Source of the DNA: Fimbriosthenelais zetlandica
Taxonomy: Eukaryota
DNA: 64,000 nucleotides
Assembly (NCBI GenBank): GCA_977030845.1
Contig: OZ365116.1
Coordinates: 20,956,001-21,020,000, forward strand
Reading direction: 5' to 3'
The position numbers were made by a program, and so were the translations under genes. The notes under the pieces are model-generated. The model was not told where the DNA came from. It saw only the letters and a program-made list of their open reading frames with translations, and searched no databases. Positions 12,601 through 23,284 of this stretch are shown in pieces. Within the stretch, counting starts at the first letter, position 1, and the number at the start of each line of letters is the position of its first letter.

Positions 12601-15198
12601 AAGGTCATCCAAATCATGTTATGTGTAAATATTTATTGATAAAGATTTATCGGTCAACATATAGAGACAGGGAGAATTTGAAACTGGAGAACATCTGCCA
12701 GACTTCCATTTCCAAATGGAATAGTTTTCAACAGTTGAAATGATGCTAAAATATCAACTTCTTTATATGATATGAGTTTGTGGTTGGTATGTGGAACTCA
12801 CTGTCCTTGGACTGGGGCTTTTCTATTAATACCAGATAATCAGTGACGTTGAGGGCGGGTCTGTATACCATGAGGCCTGGTATCATTCTTTCTCACCAGA
12901 AGTCAATTTGGAAGCCTTGTAAGCATCAAAGCCTGACTGATTATGTGGGAGGGACATTCATTACCTCCATAATGAGAAAACTACCCTCACTCCTTGTAAA
13001 CATCTCCCCATGTTGCCCTTCTCATTATCCAGATTTTTCCGGTTCTGTATTTAAATATATTACCCCAAGAACTATATTTATCAACCAATATATTATGACA
13101 AATTGTGGAAATATAAAAGTATCACCATAATATGACAAGGAGTAAGTGAGTAACCTTTTCTGGTCCGATAAAAATGATAGCCAATGCAATATGCTGGGCA
13201 ACTAGGCTTGATGAGCTGTCATTTGAGTAAGAAGATTTATGTCTTGCTAAAAATGACATGAGAAAACTCCCCGAGGAGCTGATGACAGATCAAAGGTGCT
13301 CAGGTAACGAGCGCCAGTTTTTCTCTATTTTTTTGAATCATGAGAAGGGGAAAATATTCTCAATCATTAAGAAGACCTTGGCTTATAGCTGCGTGGCTTT
13401 TTGTATGCGTCAGCTCAGATTTTCATTTATAAATATGATCTAATCCATCATCCAGCATGTGCTGAAGGCCTACCTGTCTAAGTCTGCCCACCTCCCCCTG
13501 CCTCTACCCTGATACAGTGTTATAGATGGCTTGACTGGGAGTTGGGGAGAGAGATTGTGGGGACTCCTTGCTGGGCTGCCTCCAAGGCGCCTCCAAGTGA
13601 TAAGGCCTGAAGTAATGTGTACCAGGTGCTCTCTCCCGGGTCGGATCTGTAATGTTACTGTTGCATTGAAAGTTTAGAACCTGGGTCTTCTATATATTAC
13701 ATGGGTATACACCAAGGGCTATAATCTCTGCTTATATGCCCCAGTCAGAAATGAGTGCCACGTTAGGTTAAATTGCTGTCTGAGATGTATGTGTTTATTC
13801 TATAGTTCGTCTAATAATATGGTTTAAATGGTCTGAAAGTGACGTATAGTGTGACTGTTTAGGCAGGTATGAGTCTGTTGAGCTGGAGTTTCTGGGAACA
13901 TATGCCATGTTTCAAGGTGAAGGGGGAAACCCATCAAATGTTGATGAACTGTTTTTTCGTCCATTAGTCTGGCTTTGTACATCTAGCTGTTAGAGACCAA
14001 ACAGATGCGCCGTCTGACAAAGTAGATGGTATAAAGAATGGCAGGAAGAGGTGATTTTACCTGCCAGAATCCCATTAAGCCTGATCCTCTTATTCAGATG
14101 AGACTACTCTTTTACTACTGCCATCTGGAGATTTTCTCTCTCCAAGATCTGTGTCTATGGCCTCTCTCTACCTGTGGGGTGCATCCCAATCTTAGTACCT
14201 GGTTGAGGGATGAGTTTAGAAGACACCCTTTTGAAATATGTCAGATAATCTGTTATGGAGTTGTGTTTATATTTACCTTTTGTTGTAATTACGATTAACT
14301 TTCCATTTTTTCCAGGATGCTGAAATGAAGACTGAGGTCCTGGACTGGATCGAAGCTGTCATCAAGAAGCCAGTCAACAGGAAGGATCCTTTCGAAAAAG
14401 TGCTTAAGGATGGCACAGTCTTATGCGAGTAAGTTACGACTGTTTGCTCATGAATCATAGATTCTGCTAAATGAATTATGTAATACCGAAGACAAATACC
14501 AGAAAAGAAACTCTCCTAGTATATATAATTTAGACCTTTATGTATTTAAATTGCTACCAGCACTCGCTTGATGATCGTGTAATAATTTAACTGATGATTA
14601 TTTCTCTTTACAGGCTGATAAACGTTTTACAGCCGGGCAGCGTGAAGAGAGTTGCCACCAAGGGCTCTAACTTCCAACTGATGGAGAATATCGCTGCCTT
14701 CCAGAAAGCCATTAAGAAATACGGAGTGCCACAGGAGGAGATCTTCCAGACAGCCGACCTGTTTGAGGCTCGTAATGTGAAGCAGGTCGCTCTCAGTCTC
14801 TTCTGTCTGGGACGCATAGTGAGTCAGAGAGTTCATTTACTCTACCAATAGTTTACCTATTAATTCTACACTCTTCTGTACTATCAAAGAGATTACTATT
14901 AAACAAGCGTATCTATAATTTATCTAAGAATAACTTTCCCAAAAAACATATAACACCCTTTCTCACTATTTCAAGCAAGTAGAATGTAAGTGTAATTGGA
15001 TTTTGACATTTTCAGGCACAAAACAAAGGCTATGACGGGCCTGTCCTTGGTCCAAAGATGGCTGATGCCAACAAGAGAGAATTCACGGAAGAACAAATGA
15101 TGGCTGCCAAGAACGAAGTCAGTCTACAGTATGGGTCTAACAAGGGAGCCTCACAAGCTGGTGTTAGTATGGGTGGCATTAGACACATCGTGGATTAA
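3608..15198 (+). CDS. Calponin/transgelin-family protein (myophilin / muscle protein 20-like), 170 aa, 4 coding exons: 3608-3619, 14316-14428, 14614-14818, 15016-15198
   Basis: Spliced product MAAK|DAEMKTEVLDWIEAVIKKPVNRKDPFEKVLKDGTVLCE|LINVLQPGSVK...FQLMENIAAFQKAIKKYGVPQEEIFQTADLFEARNVKQVALSLFCLGRI|AQNKGYDGPVLGPKMADANKREFTEEQMMAAKNEVSLQYGSNKGASQAGVSMGGIRHIVD*: CH domain plus one calponin-like repeat (LQYGSNKGASQAG). All junctions are GT-AG with consistent phases (0,2,0). The first coding exon is less certain than exons 2-4. Confidence 0.9.
4445..4458. promoter_or_regulatory. RFX X-box motif (GTTGCCATGACAAC), with an adjacent partial X-box at 4432-4441 and an E-box at 4360-4365
   Basis: Exact match to the GTHNYY-AT-RRNAAC X-box consensus inside a locally CpG-rich patch; function untested. 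Confidence 0.35.
6202..6233. repeat. Short tandem repeat, 8-bp unit (CTGACTCC) x4
   Basis: ctgactcc ctgactcc cttactcc ctgactcc. Confidence 0.75.
14316..14428 (+). CDS. Calponin-like exon (CH domain start)
   Basis: ttttttccag|GAT...TGC GA|gtaagt; DAEMKTEVLDWIEAV...LKDGTVLC. Confidence 0.92.
14614..14818 (+). CDS. Calponin-like exon (CH domain core)
   Basis: ctctttacag|G CTG...CGC ATA|gtgagt; matches track ORF 14594..14851. Confidence 0.95.
15016..15198 (+). CDS. Calponin-like last coding exon (calponin repeat, stop)
   Basis: cattttcag|GCA...GAT TAA; GPKMADANKREFTEEQ...LQYGSNKGASQAG. Confidence 0.93.
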   Translation, partial: AQNKGYDGPVLGPKMADANKREFTEEQMMAAKNEVSLQYGSNKGASQAGVSMGGIRHIVD

Positions 15199-15751
15199 AC
15201 TCTCACTCCCCACCATATACTATCAACATCCTAGTTGCTCACCGAGTCTTACTTATTAGAATAATTATGGTGGGCAATTAAACTTAAAATGACACTAGCT
15301 CAGATCTTATGGTTGATAGTCATTTTTCTATAACTTGAATATCTTCAGTTATGAGCTCTCATAACTTGTGTTCTGTATAGAAACATAGAAAGATATAACA
15401 CAGCATTCATCTGAAGTCAATTTATTTGATTTCAACAAAAAGTGGGGGATGTATTTCTTTTTGGGCTTTCGGTAAAATCAATATGAACACTGTGGTGCTC
15501 TACGATGGTGCTAAAAACTTTGAGAAGACGTGTCAACGTCTCATAAAAATTATTCCAAAGTGCTAAAATTCACCAAGATTTCTTTCAGACATCTCTTTGT
15601 GATTGTAATATATAAAAGTCTGAAGCTCATATTATTGTTTTGGATAGTTAAACACCTGGCACAATCTTGAGGGGTGTCTCCTTCTCCAACGGAAGATATC
15701 ACATGCTAACAACCAGATGTCAACATGTTGTTTGTATTGTTTGTATTTTCC

Positions 15752-15757
15752 AATAAA
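15752..15757 (+). terminator. Candidate polyadenylation signal (AATAAA) of the calponin-like gene
   Basis: First AATAAA I find downstream of the stop at 15198, followed by a T-rich tract at about 15770-15800. Confidence 0.5.
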
Positions 15758-15895
15758 TACTACCAATCTGCCCTCCTTTGTTTTACCCTTCTTTGTTATC
15801 AAAGTGATACTCGAGATAAAATTTAAAAGTTTTTAAAATCGTGGTCTGTTAAATATCCGAGGAACTTAAAATTCTTGGCATTGTGTACCTATATT

Positions 15896-16912
15896 TTACT
15901 TATCCGGTGAGAGCAACTTGTCATAATATATCATAGTCAGCATGTTGAAAACGCTCAGTGTCGTCCACTTATAGAGGGGGTTAAGGTAGGAATTGGTACG
16001 TGAGCCATAATCATTGGACAAGTAATAGAAGTGCATTGAAACTAAGAGTGGGAAAACCAGCAGAATAGCATTGAAGGCTACAAGATAAATTGTCTTGAAG
16101 GAGAATCCTGTCTTCAGGCTGTCCTCGCTTGCCTCTCCCGATGATTCAATATCAGAAGAGGGCACTGTAGATTTGTCTTTGACTAGATCACTGGACGAGG
16201 ACGTATAGAAAACAAGCGGGTCATATTTCCTGGTCCTTGATTTGACGCTGAACACAATCAGTTGCATTGTGGCAGCAAGAATGAACAGGATTATAGCACT
16301 GCCCACACTGAATAAGAGAGAAGGCATCGGTTTGGTATAAAGACAGAATAGATAAGGCTTGGTCATGCTTGTAGAATCCTTGTATCTCACATTTGGCAGG
16401 TAGGAGAACAAGTCAGGCAGGAAGATGAGCAAAATCACCAAGATATATGGGCTGACGATTCTGGTGACATAAGATCTGGCTTGATTAGTTCCAAAAACGG
16501 CCACGACATGGAAGTGGCGTGCAAGTGCGACTCCCAATATGATTCCCATAGATTTGCACTCAGAGTAAAGTCTAAATTCAGATGTGCACATCACCTCTGA
16601 TTTCAAGTCACTTACTGGGATTAAATAGTGGAAAATATAGATAAAAATAGCCAGGCTGAGTCCACACACCAGGTCCCCAGTGGTGATGAGTGAGAGGAGC
16701 AGCGATGCTCCACTGTTTGCTCGTGTCCTTGTAGGACGACATCCTTGTAGGTGAAGAGATCCAATGTTAAATATAGACAGGATTAACACCGAGGATGTAA
16801 TCAGCCAGAACATCTGGCTATCTGTCCAATATACCAGATTCTCCTCTGGTATTAGCAGCCACTGGGAAGAATTCCCTCCCATGATTTCCCCTCCAATCAT
16901 GGCCCTCTTCAT
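15896..16912 (-). CDS. Divergent rhodopsin-like (class A) 7TM receptor, 338 aa, single coding exon
   Basis: Seven hydrophobic segments; TM1 Asn (SIFN), TM2 Asp (TTGDLVCG), Cys at the top of TM3 (VMC) and in ECL2 (YLFC), TM3 Arg in ARH replacing DRY, TM6 Pro (LVFP), N-glycosylation sequon NSS near the N-terminus, Ser/acidic ICL3. An acceptor at 16959-16958 and an in-frame stop 5' of the ATG define the start. Confidence 0.75.
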   Translation of the reverse strand: MKRAMIGGEIMGGNSSQWLLIPEENLVYWTDSQMFWLITSSVLILSIFNIGSLHLQGCRPTRTRANSGASLLLSLITTGDLVCGLSLAIFIYIFHYLIPVSDLKSEVMCTSEFRLYSECKSMGIILGVALARHFHVVAVFGTNQARSYVTRIVSPYILVILLIFLPDLFSYLPNVRYKDSTSMTKPYLFCLYTKPMPSLLFSVGSAIILFILAATMQLIVFSVKSRTRKYDPLVFYTSSSSDLVKDKSTVPSSDIESSGEASEDSLKTGFSFKTIYLVAFNAILLVFPLLVSMHFYYLSNDYGSRTNSYLNPLYKWTTLSVFNMLTMIYYDKLLSPDK

Positions 16913-18248
16913 CTCAGTTTCTTAACAATGAGACTCGCGTGGCAACACAAACTCCGCCTGAAATGAAAAATATTAACTTAACTTCAAAACGAGAAAAGAA
17001 AGTGTTGTTAATTTGACTGAGTAAACCAGTACTAGTTGTGCTATCTACCGTGACCGTGACCCAGGCTCAGTATACGTGTACACCTGACAATTATATATAA
17101 TAACACGTGTCAACTGGTCCAGCACACCCGAGCTTCACAAACATGTATACCTAAACTAAAAGAAATACTCTTTCTTTATAGTGATAAATGTGACCATACG
17201 TTTAGATGGTAAGAATGTTCAAAATATGTATATTCTGATATTATGCCCGTGTATGTTCCATTAAAGATTTTATGGGGTTTGCAAATTCCTGACAATGTCT
17301 TAGAACACATACCTTGAATCCAATCAGTTCTACTCGGATATTAAATATCTGCGAAGAGGTATTCCTATCAAATTTACCTAAATGTTTCATAGGTCGAGAT
17401 GTTCAAGTGTGTACAGTTGCTAACTTGCTTCTGAGCCCAGACTGACTGTGACTTATGTAGGTACTTTCTCGTGTGCTCGTGGTCAAGGACTTATTATACA
17501 TGTTAGAACACCTTTTGACTCGGACACAGGCCGCAGCAAAGCGGGGGCCCGTTTCAACAGAAATTAACAATGCTATTATTCGCTTTGAAACCGGTTATAG
17601 CAATATCCTTCGGTCAGTAGTTTGTGCTAGGTCATTATAATTGGGGAGGGATGTATTCATACCTGGTCCGACTACTGATGAGGCTTGTTTGGGTTGGCAA
17701 GTTGGCTGACTGGTATGAAATCGGTAATGAAGTTACAAGGTTACAAGATTTGCAACTTGTTGCTTGTAAGTTTCAAATTATGAATTTTACCTCATGGCTA
17801 CATGACAATAATATTAGTATTTATTAATAAATGAATTATACATGTGCGTACACATTTATGTTTCAAGCATAAGATTAAGTACATCCTTCTAAAATACTCA
17901 TAAATGATATGAAATGCCGAGGGCAGTCATAATCTGCTGGTCTGTTCACGTCACCATTTCTGAGGTGGACCTAAAATAGGTTAGACCTCATGTACTGGAC
18001 ATAACACATGAGGTGATAGGTAGGGGAGACCCGGGTGAGTTGTGCCAATTTTCCGATTTTATCCAATATCTTTTAGCATATTCAACTTAGAACTTTGTTA
18101 CTATTATAAAGTAGTACTATTTTTTTACAATATGGGATGGGTAAATGAAATTCAAAGTCATTGGATATCCTACAATTGCCTCATAGCCTACACCTCGCCA
18201 GGAAAGGATGAAGAAGCAATTAACATAAGAAAACTTGATGAACCCTTA

Positions 18249-18315
18249 GACATTGACATATTGACATATAGAGACATATTGACGTATTGACATATTGACG
18301 TATTGACATATAGAG
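18249..18315. repeat. Degenerate 8-bp tandem repeat (TATTGACR) with interspersed ATAGAG
   Basis: gacattgacatattgacatatagagacatattgacgtattgacatattgacgtattgacatatagag. Confidence 0.7.
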
Positions 18316-18722
18316 CCATAGTAATAATCTGAATTGTAACACGGAAGTGGACTTGTAAAGAAAGTTTTACCCAAGAAAATCAGTGATCCACATCCACACT
18401 CCTTCTCCGCATTTCTAATTAAAGAATATAAGTTCTAGATTTCTAATTAAAGAAAATAATACAGTGAGACACTTACATGGTATTAATGTATAAAATTCCT
18501 CCAATTTTTCTGCCATTTCATGACAACTCTTGGTGTATTGTCGGTAGAAAATAGACCCTCAATTGTTAACTGCCCTGTCGTCAGTGAGTAAATGTGTCAT
18601 GTCTATTTACACAGGTCCAGGTATGCACAAGGCCGCCCAATGACTGGATGCGCATCCACCCATCCGTGACTCAAGGTGAGTACAAATGAAAAGTGTGAAG
18701 CAAGTCGACACACTTGTCTTTC

Positions 18723-18855
18723 NNNNNNNNNNNNNNNNNNNNNNNNNNNNNNNNNNNNNNNNNNNNNNNNNNNNNNNNNNNNNNNNNNNNNNNNNNNNNN
18801 NNNNNNNNNNNNNNNNNNNNNNNNNNNNNNNNNNNNNNNNNNNNNNNNNNNNNNN
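18723..18855. other. Assembly gap, 133 N
   Basis: Run of N characters. Confidence 1.
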
Positions 18856-20386
18856 GTATTTGGTTTTGTGGAGGACTAAGCATGTTTAAATACCTGGCTA
18901 TAGGAGCTATCTTTACTGTTGGTTTCCATGGTACTCCATCCACGTCAATGATAGAGATGAATGATATGATGCTCATCACCTCTGGGCCTGGTTCTACATG
19001 TGTATCTGGTCTGAATTAATCAATGGTTGGGAGCACGACTGAGCACATAGGTTGAACAGTCAATAACTTACATGTGGTGCGTTAATCTAATGAATCATGC
19101 CATTACGTCACACATAATAAGTTGAAATGAATTATTTTGTGCTATTACAATACTTCAAAATAGCAAATTCCTTATCCCTGTTTGACCCCTTTTCTTTAGA
19201 AACATTTTCTTTAGAAAATTACCAACTTTTCATTAGACTTTCCATCTTCTCATATCCATTACATTAACATCCAAAGGATTTCCTTTGGTGTTAGTTCATC
19301 ATTTATCCAAAACGTATGAATTTTAGGATGTCTCTTATTCCTGCTTGTACATGTGAGGGATTTGAATTGTTTGTTCAAGAATTATAACGTGGTCAGCTAA
19401 CACAGTGACGCTACTGAACAATCATTACAAATCCATGCATGGCTGCTGCTAAGCAACCCATGCGTTATAAACATTAGAAAATCGACCATTGGTCAACAGT
19501 AGTATGGTACTACTCCAATATTCCCATATATTAGGTAATAGAATTTAGATTAAGCATACAGATATTTGTAAGTATATTTCCTGGGGCCCCAGAGTATAAC
19601 ATATGTCCTCGCTTTATCAAAAGAAAGAAAATGTAAATAGAAAATGTGTTCAGATAAGACAATGTTTTATTCACATTTAGTCACATTCAATAATGGATAT
19701 GTAGATGAGCAGAATATTGTATACATGTACATTATTATGCGGCATTCTCCTCAGTACATCACTTTAACAATAATTGTGTACAGATTAATAACTTCATATT
19801 AATAACTCATGAGTGATAATATCTAGATACCAGCTAGTTATAATATCAGGGTGTAAACAAGGCGGTCAAACGCCTGTTTGAATAAATAGCACCTTTTTAG
19901 CCGGGGTGGCTACAATAGTAGAACATGTACACATACAACTCCCTCAGTAGAGTATTAGGGACCAGAATTGGGAAGACTTGGCCACTGAAGATCTAAATAT
20001 TGTAATAATTATTACATGTTTACTACCTATATAATATGTATTGATATAACATGGATTATTACATGTTTACAAGTTCATCTCAGACTCCATTCATATCATT
20101 GATTGATTAATAATATTATATCACAAGCAGTCTACCATACAACCTGGGAGCAGACTCCATGAATGAGCTATAGTATACAGTGTGCAGAAAGCGCAGTCCT
20201 AGATAGACTATGAGCATAGTTAGGAACACAAGTGATTAAGTTAGAAAAAATATACATTAAAATTAAAGTTAAAACCAAATGAGGGCCACGCACCACTGTC
20301 ACACCTTCCATGCTAGTACAGAGTAAGTTGCATCCTTCACGCCACCCCTACCACCATAACAAGCCCCTATTGGAGCACCCCTTCTC

Positions 20387-22000
20387 CTATAGCGATCCAA
20401 TCTCATTGTAGCGTTTTAATTTGTCAGGGAAGTTATCTTTATAGAGTACAGGATCCGCCCTGAACTCGACAGTTTTTAAAGGCATACAGCCATAGATCTC
20501 AGCGAACTTATTGACACATTCAGACCTCTCCACCATGTGGACGAGGTCCGCTGACAGACCGTAGTTCTGACACTCTGGACATTTAAACTTCTGCCGCGGG
20601 GCCACCTTAATGGCCGGCTTACTGGTGAGGTTAGAGATGAGGAAGTTCATGGCGATGTCCTCACAGTTCATATGGTCGTCCACCCACGCCTTGATGTTAC
20701 CAGGCATAGAGTTAGTGTAGAGGTAGCTGTAATACTGCAAGACAAACAATGACATTATAATTCATCATTTCTTTTTAGAGATTATACATATTGTAGAAAT
20801 TATAATTCCAAATCATGGCTACATGTAGTGGTGTGGATTGTGATGAGAGATTGAGCTCTCACCTTGTGGTGGAAGGCAGCGCCAGTGAGGACGATGGAAA
20901 TCTGACTGGTCCACTCTGATTCATAACGCCATCTGTTGGTTACATTGTCCCAAAGATGGAGGCGGGATGGGAAGCCAACCAGGCGGTCCGGGAACTCACG
21001 CCAGACCTGTAACCAGTAATTATACTTACAATCATGTAACATGCATGACATAGTGCTATATTATATAACAACCCAGTGCTGATGATATAATGAAGGAGTG
21101 AAGAACTTGCCTCATATCCAAACTCAATCTCATCAGGGGTTAACATAATGATGTCATCATCTAGAGCTAGGATGGCTTCTGTCTCTATCTCATCATAAGG
21201 GTAGAACCTGGAAGGTTAAATGTGATATCATAAATATAGTATTGAATGCAAAGCAAAGAGGAGGCAAGAATTAGCATAGTCGATGTAACTAGATACTGCT
21301 TTGCAAACTAAAAGTAGATGTTATGTCTCTTACCTATTGCTCAGCTTGTTTTGTCTAGTCTGTACTACCTTCAATGGTTTGCTGATTTTCGGCCACACAC
21401 TCGCTGAAAAGAGATTAAATAATAATTAAATCTTTAATCTCTCAGACGAGCAAAATGACAGATAATGGTCAAGTGTGAGGAGGGATGGAGAGCTACCTTG
21501 AGGTGGAGCCTTCTGTTGATTGTTCCACACCACTAGTACTTTAGTAAGTGAAGGGACCATGGCTACCCGGGTGATCACCCGGAATAGATACTCCAGACGG
21601 TCATAGGTGAGGATGACAGCCGTGAAGCCCATGGTGCGGGGAGGCTGGACAGGCAGGAACAGGGGGTTCATGATGCTAGCCTGAAAATAATCAAAATAAT
21701 ATTGAAGTATGAAGTTTTCTGAATGTAGGAATACATCTTATTATAGAGCAGCACAATTCTGCACTATGACTCACCTTAGCCGGGGATTCGTTCCATTCTT
21801 CATATTTTTTGGCAGCGTAAGGGAAGACTCGGTCATTAATGATCTGTAGGGTAGTCATGGTGATGGCCCTCATGGAGCTGAAGTAAGTCTCCCATATAAA
21901 GCGAGCCTGGAGTCTCAGTGCTTCTACATGACCAGCGCTCATCTTAGACAGAGTGGTGACTACCTGAGGTAGGATATCTTCACGTAGCACCACCGATGCT
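20387..22000 (-). pseudogene. EXT2: Partial duplicate of EXT2 (exons 5'-10': 22000-21775, 21680-21497, 21403-21334, 21207-21111, 21006-20863, 20734-20387); no disabling mutations; may be a functional cassette, a pseudogene or an uncollapsed allele
   Basis: Same exon lengths (226,184,70,97,144,348) and splice dinucleotides as the intact gene; lacks the first four coding exons (TM anchor and most of the GT47 domain). Confidence 0.7.
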
Positions 22001-22567
22001 CTACACAAATATAGATAAAGACAGTTTACAATCATGCTCAAACCCATCTGTGAGGTCTCATAATTCACACTTAAAATCCGGGAGAGGAATGAGTGAAAAA
22101 TTCAAGTACAGAATTCTTGATCCATGAATTACAAGAATAATATCTTCACCTTTTCTCATATTCATTACATTACAATCCAAAGGATTGCCTTTGGTGTTAG
22201 TTCATCATTTTATTCAAAACGTATGAATTTTAGGATGTCTCTTATTCCTGCTTGTACATGTGAGGGATTTGAATTGTTTGTTCAAGAATTATAACGTGGT
22301 CAGCTAACACAGTGAAGCTACTGAACAATCATTACAAATCCATGCATGGCTGCTGCTTAGCAACCCATGCGTTATAAACATTAGAAAATCGACCATTGGT
22401 CAACAGTAGTACGGTACTACTCCAATATTCCCATATATTAGGTAATAGAATTTAGATTAATCATACAGATATTTGTAAGTATATTTTCTGGGGCACCAGA
22501 GTATAACATATGTCCTCGCTTTATCAAAGGAAAGAAAATGTAAAAGGGTGTTCAGATAAGACAATGT

Positions 22568-22573
22568 TTTATT
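22568..22573 (-). terminator. Candidate EXT2 polyadenylation signal (AATAAA); paralogous site at 19666-19671
   Basis: tttatt on + strand ~710 nt past the stop in both copies. Confidence 0.45.
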
Positions 22574-23284
22574 CACATTTAGTCACATTCAATAATGGAT
22601 ATGTAGATGAGCAGAATATTGTATACATGTACATTATTATGCGGCATTCTCCTCAGTACATCACTTTAACAATAATTGTGTACAGATTAATAACTCCATA
22701 TAACTCATGAGTGATAATATCTAGATACCAGCTAGTTATAATATCAGGGTGTAAACAAGGCGGTCAAACGCCTGTTTGAATAAATAGCACCTTTTTAGCC
22801 GGGGTGGCTACAATAGTAGAACATGTACACTTACAACTCCCTCAGTAGAGTATTAGGGTCCAGAATTGGGAAGACTCGGCCACTAAAGATCTAAATATTG
22901 TAATAATTATTACATGTTTACTACCTATATAATATGTATTGATATAACATGGATTATTACATGTTTACAAGTTCATCTCAGACTCCCTTCATATCATTCA
23001 TTGATTAGTAATATTATATCACAAGCAGTCTACCATACAACCTGGGAGCAGACTCCATGAATGAGCTATAGTATACAGTGTGCAGAAAGCGCAGTCCTAG
23101 ATAGACTATGAGCATAGTTAGGAACACAAGTGATTAAGTTAGAAAAAATATACATTAAAATTAAAGTTAAAACCAAATGAGGGCCACGCACCACTGTCAA
23201 ACCTTCCATGCTAGTACAGAGTAAGTTGCTTCCTTCACGCCACCCCTACCACCATAACAAGCCCCTATTGGAGCACCCCTTCTC

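Noticed and set aside
2900-14300. Search for CArG (SRF) boxes expected near a muscle gene
   Set aside because: Only one-mismatch versions seen (e.g. 4741-4750 region); no perfect CC(A/T)6GG found by eye.
14273-14836. Minus-strand ORFs overlapping calponin exons, and 26075..26263 overlapping EXT2
   Set aside because: Shadow frames of real coding exons.
18671-19019. ORFs spanning the N gap
   Set aside because: Length is inflated by X residues; the flanking peptides match nothing I recognise.
19855-19879. Small hairpin (AAACAAGGCG/CGCCTGTTT) in the EXT2 3'UTR, present in both copies
   Set aside because: Nine-bp stem with a bulge is expected by chance; presence in both copies only reflects the duplication.
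22048-22068. Track start of the 125-aa ORF at 22068
   Set aside because: That codon is GTG; the first real in-frame ATGs are at 22047 and 22035.
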